In this document: positions 40,620-49,917 of the stretch, piece by piece
How the letters are laid out: every line of letters begins with the position of its first letter
How positions within the stretch are numbered: position 1 is the stretch's first letter
Source: Bryobacterales bacterium
GTDB taxonomy: Bacteria; Acidobacteriota; Terriglobia; Bryobacterales; UBA6623
Assembly: GCA_965216215.1 (NCBI GenBank)
Contig: CBDCFO010000007.1
Span: 652,876-716,875 of the forward strand
Length of the DNA: 64,000 nucleotides
Reading direction: 5' to 3'
Notes under the pieces: model-generated
Database searches by the model: none
What the model saw: the letters and a program-made list of their open reading frames with translations, nothing else
What the model was told of the DNA's origin: nothing
Position numbers and translations under genes: made by a program

Positions 40620-40833
40620 CAGAGCGAGCATCCCGAGATTGGAGTTCGGTCTCGATCCCGGCAACTGGAGCGACGAACGCTCCGGGCAGGTCGGATCTTC
40701 AAGCGGCCGGCACACGCACATCGACGCTCCATGGGGACTATACCGGGCATCCACTTCCCAGACTGCCTGGAAGGCACCTCGCGGGGGCTCGTCTATTGCG
40801 CGACACTTGGTCTGCTGTTAAGCTCTACTTGCT

Positions 40834-41880
40834 ATGCGTATTCTGCTCTTGGTGGGAATATTGCTGGCGGCACTGCCGGCCATCGCGCAATCGCCCGAGA
40901 GCGCGGTCGAAGACCCGGGCCTGATCATCACGACCGAGTCGAATCTTGTGATCGTGCCTTTGCATGTGTACAAGAACAGGAAGTCTGTCGACGGTCTGGG
41001 CGAGGAATCGTTCGAACTGCTTGAGGACGGGGTGGTCCAGAAGATCGCGTTCGTGGATGGCCCGAGCGCAGATCCAAGCGAAGCACGATCCGTGCCCACC
41101 GAGATCATCTTGCTGCTCGATGTCAGTCACAGCGTGATGAAGCCCGGGTTGCTCGACATTCGCGCGGTCCGTGACAGCTTCATCGATGGGATGCGGGACA
41201 ACGTCTCGATCTCGGTCTACGGATTCGCGCACAAGCTCATGCGCTTCACCGGCCCAACCCGCGACGTCGCCAAGCTTCAGGGCGCGCTCGAGATGGCATT
41301 CGATTCCGCGGACGGCCATACCAGGGTGTTCGAGGCGATCATGCAGACGCTGCGCGACGCGGCGAACCGCGGAGGCAACACCTCCAGAATTCTGGTTGTC
41401 TTCTCGGACGGGCTGAGCACGACGAACCTCGACACAGACTTGCCCGCCCGCTCGGCACAGGCCTTCGGAATACCCATCTATCCCGTCGTGCTGGGCCACA
41501 AAGAGCTTACCCAAATCGGGTCGGGTCATCGAGGGGTCGACAGCTTCTACCGGCGACAGAACAGCAGGGAAGCTTGGGACCAGACAGACAATCGGGTCGT
41601 GAGCCCCGAAGCTCGATTGCGAGATCGTGAACTTAGCCAGAAGGTGTTCGCCGACCTTGGTGTGCGAACCGGAGGCCAGAGCTTCGACTTCAAGAATCCC
41701 AACAGCAAGGCGACGCGCGCGCTCCTGCAGTCTCTCGCAAAGATGGCCAAAAGCGAGTATGTCGTGGGATACTACCCGCGCCAAGCTGGCGACCAACCGA
41801 CCGCGCGTCGGGTCGAGGTGCGCCTGAAGGCCGAGGGCGCCGGCAAGTTATACGGGGGCAAGCGCGTCGTCATTCACTGA
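40834..41880 (+). CDS. Secreted VWA-domain protein, paralog 3
   Basis: Same architecture, MIDAS DVSHS, FSDGLST, EYVVGYYP, KLYGGKR..H end. Confidence 0.9.
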   Translation: MRILLLVGILLAALPAIAQSPESAVEDPGLIITTESNLVIVPLHVYKNRKSVDGLGEESFELLEDGVVQKIAFVDGPSADPSEARSVPTEIILLLDVSHSVMKPGLLDIRAVRDSFIDGMRDNVSISVYGFAHKLMRFTGPTRDVAKLQGALEMAFDSADGHTRVFEAIMQTLRDAANRGGNTSRILVVFSDGLSTTNLDTDLPARSAQAFGIPIYPVVLGHKELTQIGSGHRGVDSFYRRQNSREAWDQTDNRVVSPEARLRDRELSQKVFADLGVRTGGQSFDFKNPNSKATRALLQSLAKMAKSEYVVGYYPRQAGDQPTARRVEVRLKAEGAGKLYGGKRVVIH

Positions 41881-41943
41881 CTGCGCGCCCGGCCGGCCGG
41901 GCTAAGTCAAGCTCGAAGGCCTCCGCTTCCTCGCTTGCCGGCG

Positions 41944-43476
41944 CTAGAGCGGGGGCTCGGTCACGCCGTACATCTTCCGCAGGCGCCTGAGCTCTGCCAT
42001 CAATTCGGCAGTGACCTGCCTCACGGCAGGTCGCCCGTAGACGCTCTCCGTTTCCTCCGGGTTGCGATCCAAGTCGTACAGTTCCCATTCGTCGCTCTCG
42101 TAGAAGCGAATCAGCTTGTAGCGATCCGTGCGCACTCCTTCGTGCGCCGGCACACCATGGGCCACCTGGCTCTCGTAGTAGTGGTAGTAGAAGGACTTGC
42201 GCCAGTTCCTGGGAGTCTCGCCCTTCAGCAGCGGCACGAGGCTTCGCCCCTGCATTTCAGGGGGCGCCTCGACGCCAGCAATCTCCAGGAAGGTCTGCGC
42301 GTAGTCGAGGTTGGAAACCAGGTCGCTGTTTGCCAAACCGCGCCCGACGACTCCCGGCCACCGCACCAGCAACGGGGTCCGCAGCGACTCGCGGTACATC
42401 CAGCGCTTGTCGAACCAGCCGTGCTCCCCGAGGTAGAACCCTTGGTCCGAACTGTAGATGACGACTGTGTTGTCGGCAAGTCCCGTCTCGTCGAGATACC
42501 GTAGCAGCCGCCCGACATTGTCATCCACCGAGGCGATGCAGCGCAGGTAGTCCTTGACATACCGCTGGTACTTCCAACGGATCAGGTCCTTGCCTTGGGG
42601 GTTCGCCTCCCGGAACTCTTGGTTCTTCGGCCCGTAAGCGGCATCCCAGACGGCCTGCTGTTCCGGGGTGAGCCGGCCGTGCATCCTTCTCCATTGCTGG
42701 AGTTGGCGATCGTCCTCAGGAGTCCCTGGCGGCGGGGGGACCTTCAGATCGCCTGCAAGCACCATATGCCGGCCGATCTCCATGCGGTTGTTCGCCGCGG
42801 GCGAGGCCCGGTTCGAATAGTCGTCGAACAGGGTCGGCGGCTCCCAGATGTGCTGGCCGTCGTATAGGGCCAGGTGATCCGGCCCCGGCATCCAGTTGCG
42901 GTGGGGGGCCTTGTGCTGGCTCATGAGCATGAACGGTTTGTCGGGGTCGCGCCGTTCCTTGAGCCATTCCAGCGAGAGGTCGGTAACGATGTCCGTGGCG
43001 TAGCCTTCGTGCTGGCGCCGCGTGTCATCCGGGCCCACGCGCATGTCGGGGTTGTAGTACGCTCCCTGCCCCGGCAGCACCTCCCAGGCATCAAAGCCGG
43101 TAGGAGCCGTCTTGAGGTGCCACTTGCCGAAGATGGCCGTTTGATATCCCGCCACCTGCAGGAGCTTCGGGAACGTCTGCTGCGATCCGTCGAATTCGAG
43201 GCGGTTGTTCAGCACTCCATTGAGGTGGCTGTACTTGCCGGTGAGAATGACGGCGCGGCTGGGGGCGCAGATGGAGTTGGTAACCAACGCCCGGTCGAAG
43301 CGCATGCCATCGCGGGCGATGCGGTCGAGGTGCGGGGTGTGATTGATCATCGAGCCGTAAGCGCTGATGGCTTGGTAAGCGTGGTCGTCGGTGAAGACGA
43401 AGATGATGTTCGGCTTGTCAGAGGCAGCCGGCAGCAGCGAGGCACAGAGAATCACGAGGGAGACAAGGCGTGACAT
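41944..43476 (-). CDS. Cys-type sulfatase (N-acetylglucosamine-6-sulfatase/DUF4976-like), copy A
   Basis: [55 protein letters not shown]. Confidence 0.93.
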   Translation of the reverse strand: MSRLVSLVILCASLLPAASDKPNIIFVFTDDHAYQAISAYGSMINHTPHLDRIARDGMRFDRALVTNSICAPSRAVILTGKYSHLNGVLNNRLEFDGSQQTFPKLLQVAGYQTAIFGKWHLKTAPTGFDAWEVLPGQGAYYNPDMRVGPDDTRRQHEGYATDIVTDLSLEWLKERRDPDKPFMLMSQHKAPHRNWMPGPDHLALYDGQHIWEPPTLFDDYSNRASPAANNRMEIGRHMVLAGDLKVPPPPGTPEDDRQLQQWRRMHGRLTPEQQAVWDAAYGPKNQEFREANPQGKDLIRWKYQRYVKDYLRCIASVDDNVGRLLRYLDETGLADNTVVIYSSDQGFYLGEHGWFDKRWMYRESLRTPLLVRWPGVVGRGLANSDLVSNLDYAQTFLEIAGVEAPPEMQGRSLVPLLKGETPRNWRKSFYYHYYESQVAHGVPAHEGVRTDRYKLIRFYESDEWELYDLDRNPEETESVYGRPAVRQVTAELMAELRRLRKMYGVTEPPL

Positions 43477-43774
43477 ACAGTTGTGATTCTACAGAGCTAT
43501 TGCACCTTGCCGCACGGTCTATTGCGCAAAGCAGCCCTTTCCTGTCTACAGCCACTTAGAATTGCCGCCGCTGACGACAACTACTTTTGCGGGCAGACCG
43601 CGCAATTGTCGTTTTACATTGACAACGCGGTCGACTCCGCGCAGCTCATTTCTAAATCCGCAAGACAACACGCACGAATCCAATGCCACGGCGCTTACAA
43701 TCTTGTTGCACTGCCATAGCTTCCGAGAGGACTGATCACGAGAAGCGACCATTCAGTGAAAAGGGCACAGCATC

Positions 43775-45250
43775 GTGGAAGCGAGTCAAAATCAATCCGT
43801 TAAGCGATCCGCCAGACGCCCGCACTTGACCAGTCATGGGATTTGTGTGGTGGCTAAGGTACTGTATGGTCTCTGTGTCACATTGGCATCGAACCCTGTG
43901 GCCACAGGGGCATGCTCAGGTGCCGCCAGCGTCTTCAACCCATGCGTATCGGTGGATTTGGAGCACCCTCCCCATGTAGTGCTTGTGGAAAGCGTCGCTT
44001 TCGCTCCGGTCGCCGTAGGAGCGTGCGGGGACGGGGTCATCCAAGCTCTGAGCAATTACTTCGCCGTGAACGATGTCGACGTCATCAACACCGACGCCCT
44101 TGTACATAGGCTGGCCGAGCGCGGTGAGTCGCTTGGCACATTCGTCGATCCGTCAAGAGCGCTTCAGATCGGGAACATTCTGGGTCCAACAGTGATGCTC
44201 GTTGTCAGGGAGGACAGGTGCGATACCGAGCGGAGCGAGTACACCCGGACCGAGAAGCGGAAAAGGTACGTCACGCGGACCGAGACGACGAGGAGCGACT
44301 CCGAGCAGGTCGAAAGGACCCGGGCTGGGCCGACTAGTACCCGGGCTGGGACGACGAATACCGGCACCAGGCAGGAGGCCGGGACCGAGCGAACTGAGAC
44401 AAGGATTGAGGAGACTTACGAGATTCCGGTCTACTACAGCAAGACCGAGTCGTTCCTCGGCGTGTCCGTCCAAGCGATTGACTTGGCGACCGGTCGCATT
44501 TTCAAAGTGCGAATGCTAGGATTTTCGCATTCGGATTCCAACAAATCCGAACAAGGGTATCCAGAATTCCCATCCGAAACCGGGGTCAGAGACATTGCCG
44601 CCAGGCAAGTGGTTCACCGCATGGCGCAATGGTTCTTGCCGTATCCGGTGAGGAACGATTTCGTATTCTTCGACACCGAGTCAAAATATTGCAACCTCAA
44701 GGCCGCACACCAGACTTTCAAGGGTTTGGATTTCGAGCGTGCCTTAGATCTCTCGGCGGAGAACGCCAGGATATGCATGAACTCCCCAAATAAGAAATTC
44801 CGATCCAACGCACACTACAATCTGGGCGTCGTTTACCGGGCAAGAGAAGAGCATGACCTAGCGCTGGAGAGCTTTCAGCGGGCAGCTGACCTGAATCCGG
44901 AACGGACGATCATATGGGACGCGATTTCCGAGACAACGAGAACAGTGGAGGAGTGGAGGGCGCTGGCTGAACCGGAGGTGCTAGACCAATCGAACCTGCC
45001 AATCGCCAATACGCAAATCAATAGTACAACGACCTCGACGGTACAGGAAGAGCCAGTACAGCAGGCGTTTTCCAACGCCGATGTCATCCAGTTAACACAG
45101 GCAAAGATTCCTCTAAAGGTTGTGATCAGCAAGATCAAGACCGCGTCGAACTGCGAATTTGATCTTTCTGTCGAGGCCCTGTCTCGTCTAGTTGAGGCGG
45201 GAGTCAGCGAGGATGTAATCGTAGCGATGATGGAGAAGGACTCGCAGTAG
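43775..45250 (+). CDS. Hypothetical exported protein: CsgG/TolB-N-like domain, TPR repeat and C-terminal helical domain
   Basis: ALQIGNILG, VSVQAIDLATGRI, TPR AHYNLGVVY.......ALESFQRAADLNP, FSNADVIQL...LVEAGVSEDVIVAM; visibly lower GC than flanks; start uncertain. Confidence 0.65.
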   Translation: MEASQNQSVKRSARRPHLTSHGICVVAKVLYGLCVTLASNPVATGACSGAASVFNPCVSVDLEHPPHVVLVESVAFAPVAVGACGDGVIQALSNYFAVNDVDVINTDALVHRLAERGESLGTFVDPSRALQIGNILGPTVMLVVREDRCDTERSEYTRTEKRKRYVTRTETTRSDSEQVERTRAGPTSTRAGTTNTGTRQEAGTERTETRIEETYEIPVYYSKTESFLGVSVQAIDLATGRIFKVRMLGFSHSDSNKSEQGYPEFPSETGVRDIAARQVVHRMAQWFLPYPVRNDFVFFDTESKYCNLKAAHQTFKGLDFERALDLSAENARICMNSPNKKFRSNAHYNLGVVYRAREEHDLALESFQRAADLNPERTIIWDAISETTRTVEEWRALAEPEVLDQSNLPIANTQINSTTTSTVQEEPVQQAFSNADVIQLTQAKIPLKVVISKIKTASNCEFDLSVEALSRLVEAGVSEDVIVAMMEKDSQ

Positions 45251-46082
45251 GCTTGCGGGTGAGCGAAGCCCTCTTCCGAATCGGTCTTGTCGCTTCGCGC
45301 CCTCGCATGGTGTGGCCGGATACCTGAGTTTCACGGACCGGGCCGTCAGGCGCGCCTACGCTCCATGTCGCGCCAGCTCCTACCGCACCGGGTAGCAGTG
45401 CCCCTCCAGCCCCGAGTGGTAGTCCGGAGGCACGGCCGCCCGATTCCACTCAGAGAACTCGCAGCGCCGGCGAACCAAGCTCCAGTAGCGGCTCGCGCGC
45501 GAGCCCGGCAGTTCCTGGAGCAACTTGTGGTTCAGCGACACGAGCAGGTCCCGGATGGCGGCTGGCGTTCAACGCGCCCAAGAATTCGAAGCGGCCTTGC
45601 GCATAGGGCGTTGCCGGTCGCAGGGATGATGCAAGTACTTCAAGTCCGAAGCAACACTGCCGACTGGCTCGACGCCCAGTTCGTTCCAGACTTTCAGCCA
45701 GGTCGGGCAGGTGTCCCCCTAAACGGAACTTCACGGCAGGTTCAAGCCGTGTTCATTGCACAACTTGCTGCGTTCCCTGGCTTTTGCCTGTCCAGGCGCG
45801 ACTCTCAACCACTCACGTTATGGGAACAGGCTCTTGCGGATCGACCTCATTCGGCCTGCATTCGCGAAAGTAGCCGGCAGTCCGAATGGGGAAATCGTGA
45901 ATGAACCGGATCCAACAACCCGAACGCCCACTCAAGAACGGAATCCAGCGCCGCCCCGGATCAGGCCCGTGCGCTCGACCTCGGACTCACCTCAATCCGG
46001 TTGGCCGCAATCGGCCCGCTGGTTGCGGCCGGCACGGGCCATGGCCCGACGAATGCCCGAGAGGCTCATACAATGGGCATGA

Positions 46083-46772
46083 GTGGACGATCTCTTGATC
46101 AACGTGCGAAACCTCAGTTTCCGCTACCCGGACGGAGTCGAGGCCCTGCGTAACGTGGACTTCGCCCTCCGCAGGTCCGAGACTGTCGCTGTCTTCGGGG
46201 CTAACGGATCCGGCAAGACCACATTCCTCAATCACTTGGTCGGACTGCTACAGGGCGAAGGCACGGTCGAGGTCTGCGGCATGCCCGTCAACAAGGCGAA
46301 TCTGTCCAAGGTCCGGCAGCGCGTCGGCATCTTGTTCCAGATCTCGGATGACCAGATCTTCATGCCGACGATCGAGGAGGATGTCGCATTCGGGCCGCTC
46401 AACATGGATCTTGACGCCGATACCGTTCGGGAGCGGGTTGACCGGTGTTTGGACCAAGTCGGTCTGAACGGACAGCGCGAACGACCGCCCCACCATTTGA
46501 GCGCGGGCGACCGCCGCCGGGCAGCCCTCGCCGGGGTATTGGCAATGGAACCAGAAATCATTCTGCTAGACGAGCCGGCAACGTATCTTGACCCTCCCGG
46601 CAAGAGGGCGCTCGTGAGCACGCTCCAGTCGCTGCCCCAAGCCAAGGTCCTGGTAACTCACGAAGTCGCTCTTGCGGAAGCGCTAGCGGATCGAGCGGTT
46701 TTCTTCGAGAGCGGGCGAGTCGCAGCGGAAGGCAGCGTGAGCGAGATCGCCAGCCGCTTCAGCTGGAACTGA
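46083..46772 (+). CDS. ECF-type Co/Ni transporter ATPase (CbiO/NikO-like), orphan
   Basis: GANGSGKT, LFQISDDQIFMPTIEEDVAFGPLN, HLSAGDRRR, ILLDEP, LVTH. Confidence 0.88.
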   Translation: MDDLLINVRNLSFRYPDGVEALRNVDFALRRSETVAVFGANGSGKTTFLNHLVGLLQGEGTVEVCGMPVNKANLSKVRQRVGILFQISDDQIFMPTIEEDVAFGPLNMDLDADTVRERVDRCLDQVGLNGQRERPPHHLSAGDRRRAALAGVLAMEPEIILLDEPATYLDPPGKRALVSTLQSLPQAKVLVTHEVALAEALADRAVFFESGRVAAEGSVSEIASRFSWN

Positions 46773-46778
46773 GGCCCG

Positions 46779-48185
46779 TCAAGCCCCGCCCTGAGGCAAC
46801 GGATGCTGGGCGTCTACGCGCGCCCACCAGGCCTCGATTCTGGCGAGCAGCGCCGCAGCCAGGTCAGGCTTCTCCGCCGCGAGGTCGCGACTTTCGCCGA
46901 GGTCGTCCGCAAGATTGTACAGTTCGACGCGCGAGCCCTCGTAGTACCGCAGCAGTTTCCAATCCCCGACCCGAACCGCGCTAACGGGCGAGGTCGTCGC
47001 GTAGTAATGCGGATAGTGAAAGAAGAGCGCCTCGCGGTCCGGCTCGAATGCAGGGTCCTTCAGTAAGGGCACGAGATCGATTCCGTCCACGAATCGATTG
47101 TGGCTCCGATCGCCTTGCAGGCCAGCGATCGAAAGGATCGTGCGGTAGTAGTCCACGGTGCTGATGGCCGCGTCGCCAACCGAGCCAGGCGGCGTCACGC
47201 CGGGCCAGTGAATGATCGCTGGAACGCGGACGCCGCCTTCGTACAGCGAGCCCTTGCCGGATCGCAAGGGCGAGTTGTCTGTGACTTGCAATCCAGCGTA
47301 CTTGTTAACGAAACCCCCGTTGTCCGAAGTGAGGATAACGACGGTGTTGTCGGCGACGCCCAGTTCATCGAGAGCGTCAAGCATGCGGCCGACGTTCTCG
47401 TCCAAGGAGCCCACCATGGCGGCCAAGTGCGGATTCCTGTGGCGGGCACTCTCGCGAAGCTTGCCCCGGTAGTGCTCCACGAATTCGGGTTTGCCCTCGA
47501 TCGGCGTGTGCACCGTGTGAAAAGCCAGGTGCATGAAGAATGGCCGGCCTCGCTCGCGGCGCAGGATCCGGAGAGCCTCCGTGGTGAGCCGGTCCGTCAG
47601 GTACTCGCCGGGCTGGCCGCCTTCCAGGTGCGGGACATACCGCAGCCCAGCGAACGGACGGGAACCGCTATAGGGGAAGAAGAATGTTTGCGGCGCGCCC
47701 CAGAGGGTTCCGCCGACGTTGTAGTCGAAACCTTGGGTCTGAGGGTAGAATTCGGCCGTCCCAAGGTGCCACTTGCCTACGTGCGCCGCCAGGTAGCCGG
47801 CCTCGCGAAGCACCTCGGCCAAGGTGACCTCCTGATGCGGTAGGCGGTCCGCAGTCACGGGCGGGACGAGTTGGCGATTCAGCGGAGGACTCTTCGCAGC
47901 TTCCCGCCAGACCGTCATGTGCAGTCTCGCGGGGTGCTTGCCCGTCAGGATCGAAGCCCGGGTCGGACTGCACACAGGGGACGCCGCGTAGGCATTCGTG
48001 AAACGCATCGACCTAGCGGCGAAGGCGTCGATTCTGGGCGTCTCGTGAAGGTCGCTTCCGTAGACCCCCAGATCGGTCCAGCCCATGTCGTCAACAAGAA
48101 TGAAAAGGAAGTTCGGCTGGTCTTGGCCGACCGCCGTCGCCGCCACTGAAACGACCATCAGTGTTGACGCGATCAACCGGAACAT
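46779..48185 (-). CDS. Cys-type sulfatase
   Basis: LVDDMGW, VCSPTRASILTG, GKWHLG, HTVHTP, SDNGG, GKGSLYEGGVRVP. Confidence 0.94.
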   Translation of the reverse strand: MFRLIASTLMVVSVAATAVGQDQPNFLFILVDDMGWTDLGVYGSDLHETPRIDAFAARSMRFTNAYAASPVCSPTRASILTGKHPARLHMTVWREAAKSPPLNRQLVPPVTADRLPHQEVTLAEVLREAGYLAAHVGKWHLGTAEFYPQTQGFDYNVGGTLWGAPQTFFFPYSGSRPFAGLRYVPHLEGGQPGEYLTDRLTTEALRILRRERGRPFFMHLAFHTVHTPIEGKPEFVEHYRGKLRESARHRNPHLAAMVGSLDENVGRMLDALDELGVADNTVVILTSDNGGFVNKYAGLQVTDNSPLRSGKGSLYEGGVRVPAIIHWPGVTPPGSVGDAAISTVDYYRTILSIAGLQGDRSHNRFVDGIDLVPLLKDPAFEPDREALFFHYPHYYATTSPVSAVRVGDWKLLRYYEGSRVELYNLADDLGESRDLAAEKPDLAAALLARIEAWWARVDAQHPLPQGGA

Positions 48186-48436
48186 TTAGGAATTGTACTT
48201 CGGACGCAGCCGCTTCCGTTCCTGCCCGCTGAGGCGCAGGGCTTGACCTAGCGCCCGAATAGCGGGAAACTGTTCGAGCGCACCAAGACTCCGAAGACAG
48301 GTTGCGGAAGCAGGGTCGCCGCAGATCCAACGCTCGTCACAGACAGCACCTTGGCCACTCGCGGACAGCGAAGAACAGGGCGCTGCGGTCGGCCTCCACC
48401 TCGGCTCGCAAAGCATCTAAACGCCAACGAACCCCC

Positions 48437-49840
48437 ATGCTCATTCGAATTGCCCTATGCCTAGGGCTACCGCTGCTCGCCAGCGCCGAGCCCAACATTG
48501 TGTTCATGCTCGCCGACGACCTCGGCTGGAACGATGTCGGCTACCACGGTAGCGAGATCAGGACCCCTCACATCGACGGCTTGGTCCAGGAGGGCCTGGA
48601 GCTGGATCGATACTACGCGTTTCCGCTCTGCAGCCCGACACGAGCGGCCTTCCTGACAGGGCGGTCCCCGATAAGGCTGGGCATTCATATGCCAATCGGG
48701 ACCACAGGCGGACTGCCGTTGGACGAGCACCTTCTCCCCGAGACGCTCAGGGCCTCGGGCTATCAAACCTTCCTGACCGGGAAGTGGCACCTCGGCCTGG
48801 AACGCGTCTCCTGGCATCCGTACCGTCGCGGTTTCGACCAGACGTACGGGCATCTTGGCCCCGGAGTCGACTACTTCACCCATATCTGGTCGGGCGGCCT
48901 CGACTGGCACCGTGACGGCAAAGTCCTGCGGGAAGAGGGCTACTCGACTGAATTGATAGCGGCCGACGCGGTATCGAAGATCCAGAACCGTGACAAGTCG
49001 AGACCGATGTTCCTCTACGTCGCGTTCAACGCGCCCCACACTCCTTTGCAGGCCCCGGATCGGCACATCGAACCCTATTCGGACATCGAGGACGAATTGC
49101 GGCGAACCTACGCGGCGATGGTGAGCGCCATGGACGAAGGCGTGGGGAAGATCCTTGATTCGCTGGAGGACCAGGGACTGGCCGAGGACACCCTGGTTGT
49201 CTGGGCCAGCGACAACGGAGGAGGCCGCAACGTTGGCGCTAGCAACCTACCCCTGCGGGGAAGCAAGGGTAACGCGTTCGAAGGCGGCATCCGCGTGCCA
49301 GCGACGATCCGCTGGCCGGGTGTCCTCAAGGAGGGCAAGAAGTTCGATCAAATGATCACGGCCCATGACTGGTTCCAGACGCTTGCATCCGCAGCCAGCG
49401 TCGAACCCCGCATTACGAAGGCCTTCGACGGTGTCGACATGTGGCCGGCGCTAAAGGACGACCAGCAGGTCGAGCGTCCGGACACAATTATCGGCGTGGA
49501 CGGGAATTACGCTGTCTTTCGTCAAGGCTGGAAGCTAGTGACATTCACCCGGCGCGGGACCGACGAGACGGGAACGTACCTCTATCGAATCGGCGACGAC
49601 CCTTACGAGGAGACGGACCTGATTGACGTAAAGCCGGACTTGGCAAACGAACTCACTGCCAGCCTCCGTGCGATGCCTCGGGCTCCGTCGGTGGGCAGCG
49701 ATGACGTGCCCGGCCGGCCGCGTGGCAGAGAAAAAGGTGCGAAAGGGGCTGCCGGCGGAAGGCCGCGGAATCCAGCCGCCCTCCAAGGATCGCCGCGAGA
49801 AACGCGCAAGCCGTGGCTCGAAACTGCCATCAAGGACTAG
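48437..49840 (+). CDS. Arylsulfatase B-like Cys-type sulfatase
   Basis: LADDLGWNDVGYHGSEIRTP, LCSPTRAAFLTG, GKWHLG, AFNAPHTPLQAP, SDNGG. Confidence 0.94.
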   Translation: MLIRIALCLGLPLLASAEPNIVFMLADDLGWNDVGYHGSEIRTPHIDGLVQEGLELDRYYAFPLCSPTRAAFLTGRSPIRLGIHMPIGTTGGLPLDEHLLPETLRASGYQTFLTGKWHLGLERVSWHPYRRGFDQTYGHLGPGVDYFTHIWSGGLDWHRDGKVLREEGYSTELIAADAVSKIQNRDKSRPMFLYVAFNAPHTPLQAPDRHIEPYSDIEDELRRTYAAMVSAMDEGVGKILDSLEDQGLAEDTLVVWASDNGGGRNVGASNLPLRGSKGNAFEGGIRVPATIRWPGVLKEGKKFDQMITAHDWFQTLASAASVEPRITKAFDGVDMWPALKDDQQVERPDTIIGVDGNYAVFRQGWKLVTFTRRGTDETGTYLYRIGDDPYEETDLIDVKPDLANELTASLRAMPRAPSVGSDDVPGRPRGREKGAKGAAGGRPRNPAALQGSPRETRKPWLETAIKD

Positions 49841-49917
49841 CTTCGGCAAGCCGTACATGCAGACCCGCGAGCCTCCGCTTGAGGTACGGTGATCTGGTTT
49901 CGCCCCCTACTAGCTAG

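Noticed and set aside
45287-46082. Plus-strand ORFs (205 aa, 108 aa) as possible CbiQ/CbiM
   Set aside because: No transmembrane helices or ECF motifs.
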